Shown here in pieces: positions 30,315-40,451 of a DNA stretch of 64,000 nucleotides (positions are counted from its first letter, which is position 1; each line of letters begins with the position of its first letter). The DNA is taken from the NCBI GenBank assembly GCA_963664225.1, contig OY760937.1, forward strand, positions 4,832,001 through 4,896,000. The letters are read 5' to 3'. The position numbers were made by a program, and so were the translations under genes. The DNA comes from Verrucomicrobiia bacterium. Its GTDB lineage: Bacteria > Verrucomicrobiota > Verrucomicrobiia > Limisphaerales > UBA1319. The notes beneath the pieces were generated by a model. That model did not search any database. It worked only from the letters and a program-made list of their open reading frames with translations, and was not told where the DNA came from.

Positions 30315-30515
30315 GGCCCGAAGTGTAACTTGACGGCCAAAAAGATCAACGCCACTTTCTATTTGCGTTCCCGGCGCTTCTGCCCTACGGTTCAAGTCAA
30401 TGATTTTTAGCGTCACGACTACAAGCTTTGAGTAGGCTAAGCGGCCATTTGGACCGCCAACGCCTCGACGTCGTTCGAGGCGTTTCGCATTTGTGGCAGG
30501 CGCATTTGAAAACTT

Positions 30516-32345
30516 ATGTCAGAACCAGCAAAACAACCCGTTGAACGCAAGAGTCTGGACGATCGCAACCGGATGACCGAATTGGAGCGGCTGCGGCATT
30601 CCTCCGCCCATATCATGGCGGCCGCTGTGTTGCGGCTGTGGCCTGAAGCCATGCTGGATATCGGACCGCCGACGGAGGAGGGTTTTTATTATGACTTTGA
30701 CCTCCCTAACCATCGTTTCACGCCCGAGGATTTTCCCGCGATCGAAGCGGAGATGAAGAAGATCACGAAGGAAAACCACGTCTTTGAGAAGTCGCTCAAG
30801 ACCCGTGAGGAAGCCCTGGCCTGGTTCCAATCCCACAACCAGAAGTTCAAGGTTGAGCGGTTGGGGGACATTCCCGAAGGCGAGGCGATCTCTTTTTTTC
30901 AAAGCGGTGAGTTTACCGATTTGTGCGCAGGACCGCACGTCATGCGCACCGGAAACGTGAAAGCCTTCAAGCTTTTGCGCGTGGCCTCGGCCTATTACCG
31001 TGGCAACGAAAAGAATCCGCAATTGCAGCGGCTTTACGGAACCGCTTTTCCGAACAAAATCGAACTCGAGGCCTGGCTGGTGGCGCAGGAGGAGGCCAAA
31101 AAGCGCGATCACCGCAAGATCGGACGGGAGATGGAGCTGTTCACCTTCGATGAAGATGTGGGACCAGGGTTGCCGCTTTGGATGCCCAACGGGACCGTGT
31201 TGATCGAGGAGTTGGAAAAACTCGCCAAAGAGACTGAATTTGCGGCTGGTTATGTCCGGGTGCGGACACCCCATCTGGCGCGTGAATCCATGTATAAACT
31301 ATCCGGCCACCTTCCTTATTATGCCGACAGCATGTTTCCACCCATGGAGATGGCGGAAACGGCGGAGGGTGTGGATCTGACCCAGAAAAAAGAGCGCTAC
31401 TATCTCAAGGCGATGAACTGTCCGCATCACCACAAGATATTTTCCGCAGTGCCTCGCAGTTACCGGGATTTGCCGTTGCGCCTGGCTGAATACGGGACCT
31501 GCTACCGCTACGAACAATCGGGCGAGTTGATGGGCTTAATGCGGGTGCGCTCGATGCAGATGAATGACGCACATATCTATTGCACACCGGAACAGTTCGC
31601 CGACGAATTCCGCGCCGTGAACGACATGTATTTGAAGTATTTCAAAATCTTCGGCCTGGGAAAATATCTGATGCGCTTCAGCACGCACGATCCCGCACGG
31701 CTCGGACAGAAGTTTGTCAACGAGCCGGAGCTGTGGAAACAGACCGAGGACATGGTCCGTCGCGTGTTGCAGGAATCGGGAATTGAATATATCGAGGTGC
31801 CCAACGAAGCCGCATTTTACGGACCGAAGATCGACGTCCAAGTTTGGAGCGTGGCGGGTCGGGAGTTCACCATTGCCACCAACCAGGTCGATTTCGCCGT
31901 GCCGCGCCGCTTCGGTCTGGTTTACACCACACGCGAAAACAAGGATGCCACGCCGTTGTGCATCCATCGCGCCCCCCTGGGCACCCACGAGCGTTTCATC
32001 GGATTCCTGATCGAGCATTACGCGGGCAACTTCCCGTTGTGGATGGCGCCAGAACAGGTGCGCGTGCTGCCCATCACCGATCAACAGAACGATTACGCCC
32101 GCCAGATCGTGGCGGAGTATCGCGCGCACGGGGTTCGTGCCACGCTTGATGGTTCCAGCGACAAAATCGGCGGAAAAATCCGTCGCGCCGAGGTGGACAA
32201 GGTCAACACCATGTTTATTGTCGGGCAAAAAGAGCAGGAGGCGGGTGCCGTGGCTGTGCGTCGGCATGGCAAGGGAGACCAGGGCGTGAAGCCCAATGCC
32301 GAAGTCCTGAACGCCCTCCTTGAGGAAATTCAGCAACGCGCCTGA
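30516..32345 (+). CDS. thrS: Threonine--tRNA ligase
   Basis: Motifs LRHSSAH, DLCAGPH, RDHRKIG, KAMNCPHH, AFYGPKID and IHRAPLGTHERF. Confidence 0.97.
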   Translation: MSEPAKQPVERKSLDDRNRMTELERLRHSSAHIMAAAVLRLWPEAMLDIGPPTEEGFYYDFDLPNHRFTPEDFPAIEAEMKKITKENHVFEKSLKTREEALAWFQSHNQKFKVERLGDIPEGEAISFFQSGEFTDLCAGPHVMRTGNVKAFKLLRVASAYYRGNEKNPQLQRLYGTAFPNKIELEAWLVAQEEAKKRDHRKIGREMELFTFDEDVGPGLPLWMPNGTVLIEELEKLAKETEFAAGYVRVRTPHLARESMYKLSGHLPYYADSMFPPMEMAETAEGVDLTQKKERYYLKAMNCPHHHKIFSAVPRSYRDLPLRLAEYGTCYRYEQSGELMGLMRVRSMQMNDAHIYCTPEQFADEFRAVNDMYLKYFKIFGLGKYLMRFSTHDPARLGQKFVNEPELWKQTEDMVRRVLQESGIEYIEVPNEAAFYGPKIDVQVWSVAGREFTIATNQVDFAVPRRFGLVYTTRENKDATPLCIHRAPLGTHERFIGFLIEHYAGNFPLWMAPEQVRVLPITDQQNDYARQIVAEYRAHGVRATLDGSSDKIGGKIRRAEVDKVNTMFIVGQKEQEAGAVAVRRHGKGDQGVKPNAEVLNALLEEIQQRA

Positions 32346-32368
32346 TTGCATTGACGGGCTTTGATGAC

Positions 32369-32400
32369 ACGGGCGGCTCGATGAGTCGCCCGTTTTTTTT
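32369..32400 (+). terminator. Intrinsic terminator after thrS
   Basis: acgggcggctc-gat-gagtcgcccgt followed by a T run. Confidence 0.85.
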
Positions 32401-32493
32401 CTGTGCCGGAAAACACTCTACGTGTCGGTACCCGCTTTGACCGGCACGGCGTATGGCTCTAGTTTGAAGGTGAATGATTCTGATATTTGTTAA

Positions 32494-35139
32494 ATGAACT
32501 CGATGCAAAAAACCGCGGATGCGACTTCCGCAAATACTGGTGGCGATGCGTCTGTTGCGGCATCCCCGGCCTTGCGGACTGTTTCCTTGCATGGATCCGG
32601 TTCCGCACGGCCTGAATTGCTCGCTCCTGCGGGCGATTGGGAGTGTGCGCGCGCGGCAGTGGAGAATGGCGCGGATGCGATTTATTTTGGCCTCGATAAG
32701 TTCAACGCCCGGATGCGGGCCCATAATTTCACACTGAAGGATTTGCCTGAGCTGATGTACTTCCTGCACCGGCGAGGCGTTAAGGGCTTTTTAACCTTCA
32801 ACATTCTGGTTTTCGAAGACGAACTGGCCGAGGCGGAAATCTATCTAAGGGCGGTCATTGCCGCCGGGGTGGATGCGGCGATTGTCCAGGATGCGGGGAT
32901 ATGCAGACTCATACGCCAATTGTCACCGGATTTTCCGATTCACGCCTCCACGCAAATGACGATCAGCAGCGGCGGCGGGTTGGAATACGCGCGGGATTTG
33001 GGCTGCTCACTGGTTGCACTGGCCCGGGAATGTTCGATTGGTGAAATTTCGCGCATGCGCGACGCAACTGCGGCTGCGACCAACCCGATGCCGCTGGAGG
33101 TGTTTATTCATGGCGCTTTATGCGTGGCCTATTCGGGGCAATGTCTTACAAGCGAAGCGCTGGGCGGGCGCTCCGCAAATCGCGGTGTTTGTGCCCAGGC
33201 CTGCCGGTTGCCCTACGATTTGGTGAGCGATGGCAAGGCCGTGGAATTGGGTGACAAACGCTATCTGCTCAGTCCCAAAGACCTCGCCGGCATGAGTGCC
33301 TTGCCCGATCTGATTCGCGCGGGCGTAACTGTTTTCAAAATCGAGGGCCGGTTGAAGAATCCGGAATATGTCGCGAGCATCACGCGGGTTTATCGTAAGG
33401 CCATAGACGAGGTCATGGCCGTTTTGGAAAAGGAAAATGGCCGGGGAGGGGAGGATGCCGCATTGGGTGTTGCGGAGTCGAATGCGAAGGCCAGCCGTTA
33501 CGAAATGGAGATGGCTTTTTCGAGAGGGCTGTACACGGGCTGGCTGCGGGGAGTTAACAATCGTGAATTGGTTCATGCCCGTTTTCCCAAGAAACGCGGC
33601 GTTTATCTGGGCAAGGTCAAGCGCGTGCTCGCGGAAGCGGCAATTGTCGAACTGGAGGCGCCTCTGAAGTTGGGGGATGGCGTTGTTTTTGATGACGGCC
33701 ATCCCGAGGCCAAGGAAGAGGGCGGACGCGTCTATGGACTGTTCGAACGCGACAAAGAAACCCGCATCACTTTCGGCCGTGGCGACGTGGACTGGAATCG
33801 GGTCCATCCGGGCGAATTCTTGTGGAAAACGAGCGATCCTGCCCTGGAGCGCGCCTTGAAGCTGACCTATACAAACGAGAAGCCCGGCCATCAACGCCCT
33901 GTGGACATCGAGGTGCATGGCCGCGCGGGCGATCCGCTGACGCTTCGGGCTAAAACCGAAAATGGATGCGTGGCCGAAGCGATCAGTCAGCAACCTTTGA
34001 TGGCCGCTCAAAAACAGCCTTTGACCGTTGATCGCCTGCGCGATCAGTTGGGCCGTTTGGGTGGGACACCCTTTGTCCTGCGCCAACTGGAGAATCATCT
34101 CGAAGGCGAAGTGATCTTGCCCGTAAGCGAGTTGAACCGTTTGCGACGTCAATTTGCCGCTGAATTGGAGGAAAAATGGGCGCATCCAGCCGCCTGGACG
34201 TTGAATCCGCCGCGCAATGTGGGCGAAGCCCCAATCGTTTCATCTGTATCGTCTGCACCCTCTGGCTCCTCCGCCATCGAGTCAGAAAACGCTGCGGCGG
34301 AATTGATCCCATTGGTGCGCAGTCTGGCGCAGTTGGAGGCCGTGCTGGGATGCGGCTGCCGCCGGATTTACTGCGAATTGGAGGATCTCAAAAAATATCG
34401 CGATGCCGCAAGCCTTGTCGGTTGCTCCGGCAATTGTTCCACAGGCCGCCCGGAATTATTCGTGGCTCCGCCGCGTATTTTCAAGCCGGGCGAGGAATGG
34501 ATGCTCAAACAGATCCAGACCAGTGGCGCTGATGGCTGGCTGGCGCGCAATTACGAGCACCTGCGCTACTTTGCGGGAGAGCGATGCGTTGGAGATTTCT
34601 CCTTCAACATGGCCAATCACATTGCGGCGGAATTCTTTCTCGAGAAATACGGACTGGAGCGCGTGACCGCTTCGTTCGATCTGGACGGACCGCAACTGGA
34701 GGCGCTGGCCCTTCGGATGGCGCCCGGACGGCTCGAGGTGTCCATTCACCATCGCATGCCCATGTTTCACATGGAGCATTGCGTGTTTTGCGCCTTTTTA
34801 TCGCAAGGCACCGACTACACTAATTGCGGTCGGCCCTGTGAAAAGCACACCGTGCAATTGCGGGATCGCGTTGGGGCTGAACATCCTCTCAAAGCCGATG
34901 CGGGCTGCCGCAACACGGTTTTTCATGCGCGGGCGCAAACCGGCGCCGAATACGTGCGTGGATTGGCGAACTTGGGCGTGCGTTGGTTCCGTATCGAATT
35001 GTTAAACGAGACACCGGAACAAACGGTTCAAGTTCTAACCAAATACCGGGCTTTGCTGCGCGGAGAATTGGCCCCATCGCAACTGGGTCAGGACCTCAAG
35101 TTAATCAACCGCCTCGGTGTGGGCCGCGGGCCGGAATAA
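32494..35139 (+). CDS. Peptidase U32 family protein with DUF3656 (RlhA-like RNA hydroxylation factor)
   Basis: Motifs PELLAPAG, HASTQM, HGALCVAYSGQC, NRGVCAQACR and FKIEGR; LGRLGGTPF region. Confidence 0.88.
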   Translation: MNSMQKTADATSANTGGDASVAASPALRTVSLHGSGSARPELLAPAGDWECARAAVENGADAIYFGLDKFNARMRAHNFTLKDLPELMYFLHRRGVKGFLTFNILVFEDELAEAEIYLRAVIAAGVDAAIVQDAGICRLIRQLSPDFPIHASTQMTISSGGGLEYARDLGCSLVALARECSIGEISRMRDATAAATNPMPLEVFIHGALCVAYSGQCLTSEALGGRSANRGVCAQACRLPYDLVSDGKAVELGDKRYLLSPKDLAGMSALPDLIRAGVTVFKIEGRLKNPEYVASITRVYRKAIDEVMAVLEKENGRGGEDAALGVAESNAKASRYEMEMAFSRGLYTGWLRGVNNRELVHARFPKKRGVYLGKVKRVLAEAAIVELEAPLKLGDGVVFDDGHPEAKEEGGRVYGLFERDKETRITFGRGDVDWNRVHPGEFLWKTSDPALERALKLTYTNEKPGHQRPVDIEVHGRAGDPLTLRAKTENGCVAEAISQQPLMAAQKQPLTVDRLRDQLGRLGGTPFVLRQLENHLEGEVILPVSELNRLRRQFAAELEEKWAHPAAWTLNPPRNVGEAPIVSSVSSAPSGSSAIESENAAAELIPLVRSLAQLEAVLGCGCRRIYCELEDLKKYRDAASLVGCSGNCSTGRPELFVAPPRIFKPGEEWMLKQIQTSGADGWLARNYEHLRYFAGERCVGDFSFNMANHIAAEFFLEKYGLERVTASFDLDGPQLEALALRMAPGRLEVSIHHRMPMFHMEHCVFCAFLSQGTDYTNCGRPCEKHTVQLRDRVGAEHPLKADAGCRNTVFHARAQTGAEYVRGLANLGVRWFRIELLNETPEQTVQVLTKYRALLRGELAPSQLGQDLKLINRLGVGRGPE

Positions 35140-35224
35140 ACCCCCTTAATATAACATTGCCATATCGACTGTATGGCATCACACTTTGGTTCGCCAGCGT
35201 GGGTAATCCCAGTGTCTTGCTTTT

Positions 35225-36406
35225 ATGCAAAAATCCGACATGGCAGGCGGTAATGGACGAATAAAACGCTTTATAGCGGTCCGCCAATGTGCGCTCTGGA
35301 TCGGAATTTTGTTTGTGGGCATGGCTTTGGGAACGCATGGCGCGCAAATGAAAGGGTCCATGAATATTGAAGAGCGTTCGTTCGGACACACTCCGGATGG
35401 CAAAGAAGTCAGGTTGTACGTGCTCAGCAACGGCAACGGCATGGTGGCCAAAATCAGTTCCTATGGGCCGATTTTGACCGAATTGGAGGTGCCGGATCGC
35501 CAGGGGCATGCGGCCAACGTGGTGTTGGGCTTCGATAATCTTCCGCAATATCTTCAGGGCCACCCCGGTTTTGGAGCCACCATTGGACGCGTCGCCAACC
35601 GCATCGGCAAGGCGCGATTCACCCTCGACGGTGTCGAATACAAGCTGGCGGTCAATAACGGTCCCAATCATTTGCACGGCGGCATCAAGGGTTTCGACAA
35701 GATGGTTTGGGAGACCAAATCCGTCGTCACCAATGAGAACGAGGCATCGGTCGAGTTCTTTTACTTGAGCAAGGATGGCGAGGAGAATTATCCCGGCAAC
35801 CTTTCGGTGACCGTGACTTTCACTTTGACGCGCGATAACGCCCTGCGCATCCATTACAAGGCGAAAACGGACAAGGCCACACCGATCAACCTGACCAACC
35901 ACAGCTATTTCAACCTCGCGGGAATCGGCGATGTTCTCAATCATTCGGTAACCATTTTTGCGGATCGTTACACCCCTGGGGACGACACCTTGATTCCAAC
36001 GGGCGAGATTGCGGCAGTGGCGGGAACGCCTTTGGATTTTAGAACACCTCGCAAAGTGGGGGAGCGCATCGATCAATTAAAGCCCAATCCGGGTGGTTAT
36101 GATCATAACTACGTGTTGAACGCGGGCGGCAAGTCGTTGGCCCTTGCGGCGCGGGTAACAGAACCGACCACCGGGCGGGTCATGGAAGTTTCGACCACGG
36201 AACCGGGCGTGCAACTCTACACAGGCAATTTCCTCGATGGCAAACTCAAGGGTTTGGGCGGCGTTCAATACGTTCGTCATTCGGGCCTCTGCCTGGAGAC
36301 ACAACATTTTCCCGACGCCATAAACAAGCCGAATTTCCCCTCAGTGGTGCTGCGGCCAGGTCAGACTTTCGACTCGACCACGGTTTATAAATTCAGTGTC
36401 CAATGA
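35225..36406 (+). CDS. galM: Aldose 1-epimerase (galactose mutarotase), probably exported
   Basis: Motifs GRVANRI, NHLHGG, NLTNHSYFNL, GYDHNY and CLETQHFPD; hydrophobic N-terminus; start uncertain. Confidence 0.92.
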   Translation: MQKSDMAGGNGRIKRFIAVRQCALWIGILFVGMALGTHGAQMKGSMNIEERSFGHTPDGKEVRLYVLSNGNGMVAKISSYGPILTELEVPDRQGHAANVVLGFDNLPQYLQGHPGFGATIGRVANRIGKARFTLDGVEYKLAVNNGPNHLHGGIKGFDKMVWETKSVVTNENEASVEFFYLSKDGEENYPGNLSVTVTFTLTRDNALRIHYKAKTDKATPINLTNHSYFNLAGIGDVLNHSVTIFADRYTPGDDTLIPTGEIAAVAGTPLDFRTPRKVGERIDQLKPNPGGYDHNYVLNAGGKSLALAARVTEPTTGRVMEVSTTEPGVQLYTGNFLDGKLKGLGGVQYVRHSGLCLETQHFPDAINKPNFPSVVLRPGQTFDSTTVYKFSVQ

Positions 36407-36501
36407 TTTCGGGCTAAATCGCAACCACCGAACCAGGGCTGAATCCGCGTATCATAAAAATGCGCTGACCGCTCTTGCGCTGGTTAATATAATTATACGC
36501 C

Positions 36502-38094
36502 GTGTTGGAAACACCTTTGCATTATAATTTTGTCACCGATGTCATGGATCGCTGGGCTGCGGAGCGGCCGGATTCCACCGCACTGTGGTGGGTGAACGAC
36601 ACCGGCGATCAGACGATTAAATATTCCTTTCGCCAATTAATGGACGTGGGTCGCCAGGCCGCCAATTACTTGCGCAGCCAGGGCGTGGCTAAAGGCGATC
36701 GCGTGATGATCCTTTTACCCCGGTTGCCCGAGTGGTGGATTGTGATGCTCGGTTTAATTCGATTGGGCGCCGTGCCCATTCCCTCCACGCTGCTTCTGAC
36801 GGAACGCGATCTGGCCTATCGTGTTCAGACCGGCTGCATCAAGGGCGTGGTCACCACGCAGGATGGCGCCGCAAAATTGTCGAATTTTGAGGGCATACGC
36901 ATGTTGGTTGGCGGTTCCTCGCCAGGTTGGAACGACTTCGACGAAGGGGTGCGCAAGGCATCGACGGTGTTCGAAGGCGAACCCACCCGCGCCGACGATC
37001 CGGGCATCATCTTTTTCACCAGCGCGACAACGGGTGAGCCGAAGATGGTTCTGCACACTCAACTCAGCTACGGTTTGGGCCATCGCCAGACGGGCGATCT
37101 GTGGCTCAATTTGAATCCGGACGATCTGCATTGGAATCTTTCTGACCTGGGCTGGGGCAAGGCGGCGTGGTCGAGTTTTTACGGCCCATGGCACATGGGT
37201 GCCTGCGTATTTGCGGTGAATACATTGGGGAAATTTGACGCGCATCATACATTGGAAATCCTCGCCCGTTATCCCATCACGACCTGGTGCGCGCCGCCCA
37301 CGGCTTTGCGCCTGATCGTGCGTCAGGATTTGTCCCGCTGGAAATTCCCGCATCTCCGCCATTGCGTCAGTGCCGGTGAACCGCTGAATCCCGAGGTGAT
37401 TGCCATTTGGAAGGCCGCCACCGGGCTGGATATTTACGAGTGTTACGGCCAGACGGAGACGGTTGTGCTGATTGGCAATTTTCGCGCGCACGGACTGCCG
37501 ATTCGTCCTGGTTCAATGGGACACGCAAATCCAAATTTTCATGTCGCCATTCTCGACGACCAATATCGCGAAGTGGCGCCCGGGGTTGAAGGCGAGATCG
37601 CCATTCGTGTCGAGCCGCAACGGCCCATTGGCTTGTTTCGGGAGTATTTAAACAGCGACGCCGAAAACGTCCGACAATTCAGGGACGGCTGGTACCTGAC
37701 CGGGGATCGCGCCCGGTGCGATGCGGATGGCTATTACTGGTTCGTGGGTCGCAAGGACGACGTGATCAAAAGCTCGGGTTACCGCATCGGCCCGTTCGAG
37801 GTGGAGCACGCCCTGATGGAGCACAAGGCCGTCCTGGACGTCGCTGTGGTGGGGAAGCCGGATGAAATTAGAGGTCAAATAGTCAAGGCATTCATTGTAT
37901 TGCGTGCCTCGCAGGAACCTACGGCGGCGTTGAAGTCCGAATTGCAGATGCACTGCAAGAAAACCGTGGCGCCCTATAAATACCCGCGCGAAATCGAGTT
38001 CGTGCATGAGTTGCCCAAAACCACGAGCGGCAAGACCCGGCGCGTCGAGTTGCGCCAGCGCGAAGCCCTGGCCCGCAAAGCCCTGAGATCCTGA
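36502..38094 (+). CDS. AMP-binding acyl-CoA synthetase (medium-chain ACSM-like)
   Basis: Motifs FTSATTGEPK, SAGEPLNP, YGQTET, TGD, GRKDDVIKSSGYRIGPFEVE and LPKTTSGK. Confidence 0.9.
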   Translation: MLETPLHYNFVTDVMDRWAAERPDSTALWWVNDTGDQTIKYSFRQLMDVGRQAANYLRSQGVAKGDRVMILLPRLPEWWIVMLGLIRLGAVPIPSTLLLTERDLAYRVQTGCIKGVVTTQDGAAKLSNFEGIRMLVGGSSPGWNDFDEGVRKASTVFEGEPTRADDPGIIFFTSATTGEPKMVLHTQLSYGLGHRQTGDLWLNLNPDDLHWNLSDLGWGKAAWSSFYGPWHMGACVFAVNTLGKFDAHHTLEILARYPITTWCAPPTALRLIVRQDLSRWKFPHLRHCVSAGEPLNPEVIAIWKAATGLDIYECYGQTETVVLIGNFRAHGLPIRPGSMGHANPNFHVAILDDQYREVAPGVEGEIAIRVEPQRPIGLFREYLNSDAENVRQFRDGWYLTGDRARCDADGYYWFVGRKDDVIKSSGYRIGPFEVEHALMEHKAVLDVAVVGKPDEIRGQIVKAFIVLRASQEPTAALKSELQMHCKKTVAPYKYPREIEFVHELPKTTSGKTRRVELRQREALARKALRS

Positions 38095-38134
38095 CGGGAC
38101 GAGCCTGCCATTACGCAGGCTCTGATCTCGTCAG
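38091..38134. terminator. Hairpin between convergent genes
   Basis: ctgacggga-c-gagcctgc pairs with gcaggctc-tga-tctcgtcag. Confidence 0.5.
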
Positions 38135-38138
38135 TGGA

Positions 38139-39332
38139 TTAGTTCTGGTCGGCGAAAAGGCCCGCAGCCCGGTGTCGGGTCGTAATGTCGTCGGCGAATT
38201 TCCCGATCGCCTCGAAATCCTGTGATCGTGGCGCGCCCTTGATGATCAAGGGCGGAATGGTCTCGGCCTTGAGTTGATCGAGTATTTTGGCGAGTTGATC
38301 CGTCGTTTTCCCTGCCCAACCAAACGATCCCATGAATGAGATAAACCGCGTTTTGGGTTTAAGGGCGTTCGTCAGATAGGCCGCCAGGATGGCCTGGGGA
38401 TGGGCTCCGAGCAGAACGGTGGGTGTGGCAAAGACCACCGTGGCCGCATCGACAAGGGCGATGGCCAGTTTGCCAAGGTCCGTTTTGGTGAGATCGAAGG
38501 GTTTGACCGTCACACCCCGGGCGATCAAGTCGCGCGTAAAGATTTGCACCATTTTCTCCGTGCTTCCATGCATGGAAACGTAAGGGATGACCACCTCGTT
38601 GCGCACCCGGTCCGAAACCCAGTCCCGATAGGCCCCAAGGATATGTTCCGGTTGGCGGTGCAGGGGACCGTGGCTGGGACAGACCATTGCGATGGGCAGC
38701 GTGGCGAGTTTTTCAAGGTGGCTTTTGATGTGGCTGCGGAAGGGCATCATGATTTCCCCGTAATAACGCTTGGCCGGCTCGTAGATTTCGCTCAGGTCGT
38801 TGACAAACAGGTCTGAGGTGCCCAGATGAGCCCCCAGAAAATCGCAGGAAAAGAGGATCTTGTCTTCGCGCAACCACGTGAACATCGTTTCCGGCCAGTG
38901 AACCCACGGGGCAAAAATGAACTCCAGTGTCTTGCCTCCCAGGTCGAGCGTTTCACGGTCCTTGACGATGCGGAAGCGTTCGGGCGCTAGATCGAAGAGC
39001 AAGGCGAGCTGAGCTTTGCATTTATCATTGGTGACGACCATGGCTTCGGGAAACCGCTTCAATACCTCGGGCAGGCTTCCGGAATGGTCCTGTTCGGCAT
39101 GGTTGATGACCACGTAATCCAGGCGTGTGATGCCAGCTTGATCCAGGTTTGTGAACAAATCGTCCATCAATCCGGGTTCGACCGTGTCGATGAGGGCTGT
39201 TCTGGCCGCGCCTTGAACCACGTAGGCGTTGTAGCTGGTTCCATCGGGCGTGGGAACCAGGGCATCGAACAGCCTCAGACTGAAATCAATGGCCCCAACC
39301 CAATGCACTCCAGAACAAATATTGCGTGACAT
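38139..39332 (-). CDS. fprA: Flavodiiron protein (FprA/NorV-type A flavoprotein)
   Basis: Motifs GTSYNAY, NHAEQDHSG, HWPET and PSHG; flavodoxin domain YVSMHGST and GSFGW. Confidence 0.92.
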   Translation of the reverse strand: MSRNICSGVHWVGAIDFSLRLFDALVPTPDGTSYNAYVVQGAARTALIDTVEPGLMDDLFTNLDQAGITRLDYVVINHAEQDHSGSLPEVLKRFPEAMVVTNDKCKAQLALLFDLAPERFRIVKDRETLDLGGKTLEFIFAPWVHWPETMFTWLREDKILFSCDFLGAHLGTSDLFVNDLSEIYEPAKRYYGEIMMPFRSHIKSHLEKLATLPIAMVCPSHGPLHRQPEHILGAYRDWVSDRVRNEVVIPYVSMHGSTEKMVQIFTRDLIARGVTVKPFDLTKTDLGKLAIALVDAATVVFATPTVLLGAHPQAILAAYLTNALKPKTRFISFMGSFGWAGKTTDQLAKILDQLKAETIPPLIIKGAPRSQDFEAIGKFADDITTRHRAAGLFADQN

Positions 39333-39721
39333 GATTATAAAAAAATAATTCAAACTCCGAGCCATGCGTGTAATAGCCGTAAATAATGCAACGGCGAGAC
39401 GCGCAACCCTTCAATAAGGCGGAATTTAATAGCTCAAACGCGAAATCAAGGCAATGACAACCGCGAGTTGTTCGAACTTTTCTGCTGCGCGCAAAACCTG
39501 CTACTTTTCCTTGTGAGAAAGGACGAGAATGAAGGCGTTAGTCAATCATTGTTATCGTTCTCAAACTTCCAACTCCCTCCAGAATACAGCCCGCAATAAA
39601 CGGTATTTCACTCTTGACTCAATGGTCACAGCCACTCACTCTGAAATGCGTTATGGAGAAATGGGTTTCCACCTTGGTCGATGTTAAAAGTCGTTAAAAT
39701 ACTGGTAATCCGCTTTAAGCC

Positions 39722-40024
39722 ATGAGTGCCGCCGCCGTAATATCAATTCGCAGAAAAAGGCTGGTGAATCGCTTTCGGCAAGCCGGTGCGACAGACCCGG
39801 AGCACGCGATCACACCTGAGGCAATTGGGGAACGCCCCTCCTGGATTTTTAACCAAATGGTGGAGCACGGCGTATTTCTGCCTGCCCTGAACGGTCGTTT
39901 CTATGTGGACGACCAGGCTGCGATTGAGTTCCTCCGGCAGCGCAGGAAACGGGGGCTGCTCATTGCAGGCATTCTGCTCCTTTTGTTCTTGTTGCTCTGG
40001 GCATTTGGAACGTTAGTGAGATGA
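39722..40024 (+). CDS. Hypothetical protein with C-terminal TM helix
   Basis: 100-aa ORF with a hydrophobic C-terminus; first gene of a co-oriented array. Confidence 0.7.
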   Translation: MSAAAVISIRRKRLVNRFRQAGATDPEHAITPEAIGERPSWIFNQMVEHGVFLPALNGRFYVDDQAAIEFLRQRRKRGLLIAGILLLLFLLLWAFGTLVR

Positions 40025-40031
40025 ACACGAT

Positions 40032-40130
40032 GGCTGACCAATCGCGAGTATCAATCGAAATTGTCCTTTGTAGTGCCGCAGTCGCGATTCGAAGTGCAAA
40101 TGTGAGTTTATTTAACTTGAATTCGGGTGG
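40032..40130 (+). repeat. Degenerate attC-like element 1
   Basis: Starts 7 nt after the stop; aligns without gaps to the element at 41514 (13/17 identical at the start, about 60% over about 59 nt). Confidence 0.45.
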
Positions 40131-40172
40131 CATAAAACCCGTCGAACATTTTAACGCGTAAATCGAGATCTT

Positions 40173-40388
40173 ATGAAAAATCTATTCCTGCCGGCATTGA
40201 TTGGGCTTGTGGCTATGACGTTTCTTACGGGATGCGTAAACCTCCAGCTTGGAGGCGGCACGACAAGCAAACCTCAACCTCCCACTGTCGGTCAGCAGTT
40301 GATTGACTTGCAGCACGCCAGGGACGCCAGAGTCATTTCAGAAGAAGAGTATCAGGTTCAAAAAGCCAGGATTCTTGGCAATAGGTAG
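40173..40388 (+). CDS. Small lipoprotein with SHOCT domain
   Basis: Lipobox FLTGC; SHOCT pattern LIDLQHARDARVISEEEYQVQKARIL. Confidence 0.8.
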   Translation: MKNLFLPALIGLVAMTFLTGCVNLQLGGGTTSKPQPPTVGQQLIDLQHARDARVISEEEYQVQKARILGNR

Positions 40389-40395
40389 TCCTGAT

Positions 40396-40428
40396 GTCTG
40401 AAAAGTCGCCGGAGGCAGCCCCGCTGGC
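40396..40428 (+). repeat. Truncated left arm of attC-like element 2
   Basis: gtctgaaaagtcgccgga matches gcctgacaattcgccaga (41514) at 14/18; starts 7 nt after the stop. Confidence 0.4.
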
Positions 40429-40451
40429 TCGTCCTCAATAAATTCACCTTT

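Noticed and set aside
39547..39564. Fur/PerR box upstream of fprA
   Set aside because: Only about 9/14 match to the Fur 7-1-7 consensus, in AT-rich DNA and over 200 nt from the start codon.
39366..39721. Integron integrase or attI upstream of the cassette-like array
   Set aside because: There is no ORF with tyrosine-recombinase motifs. The gttaaaa sequences near 39683-39700 do not fit GTTRRRY convincingly.
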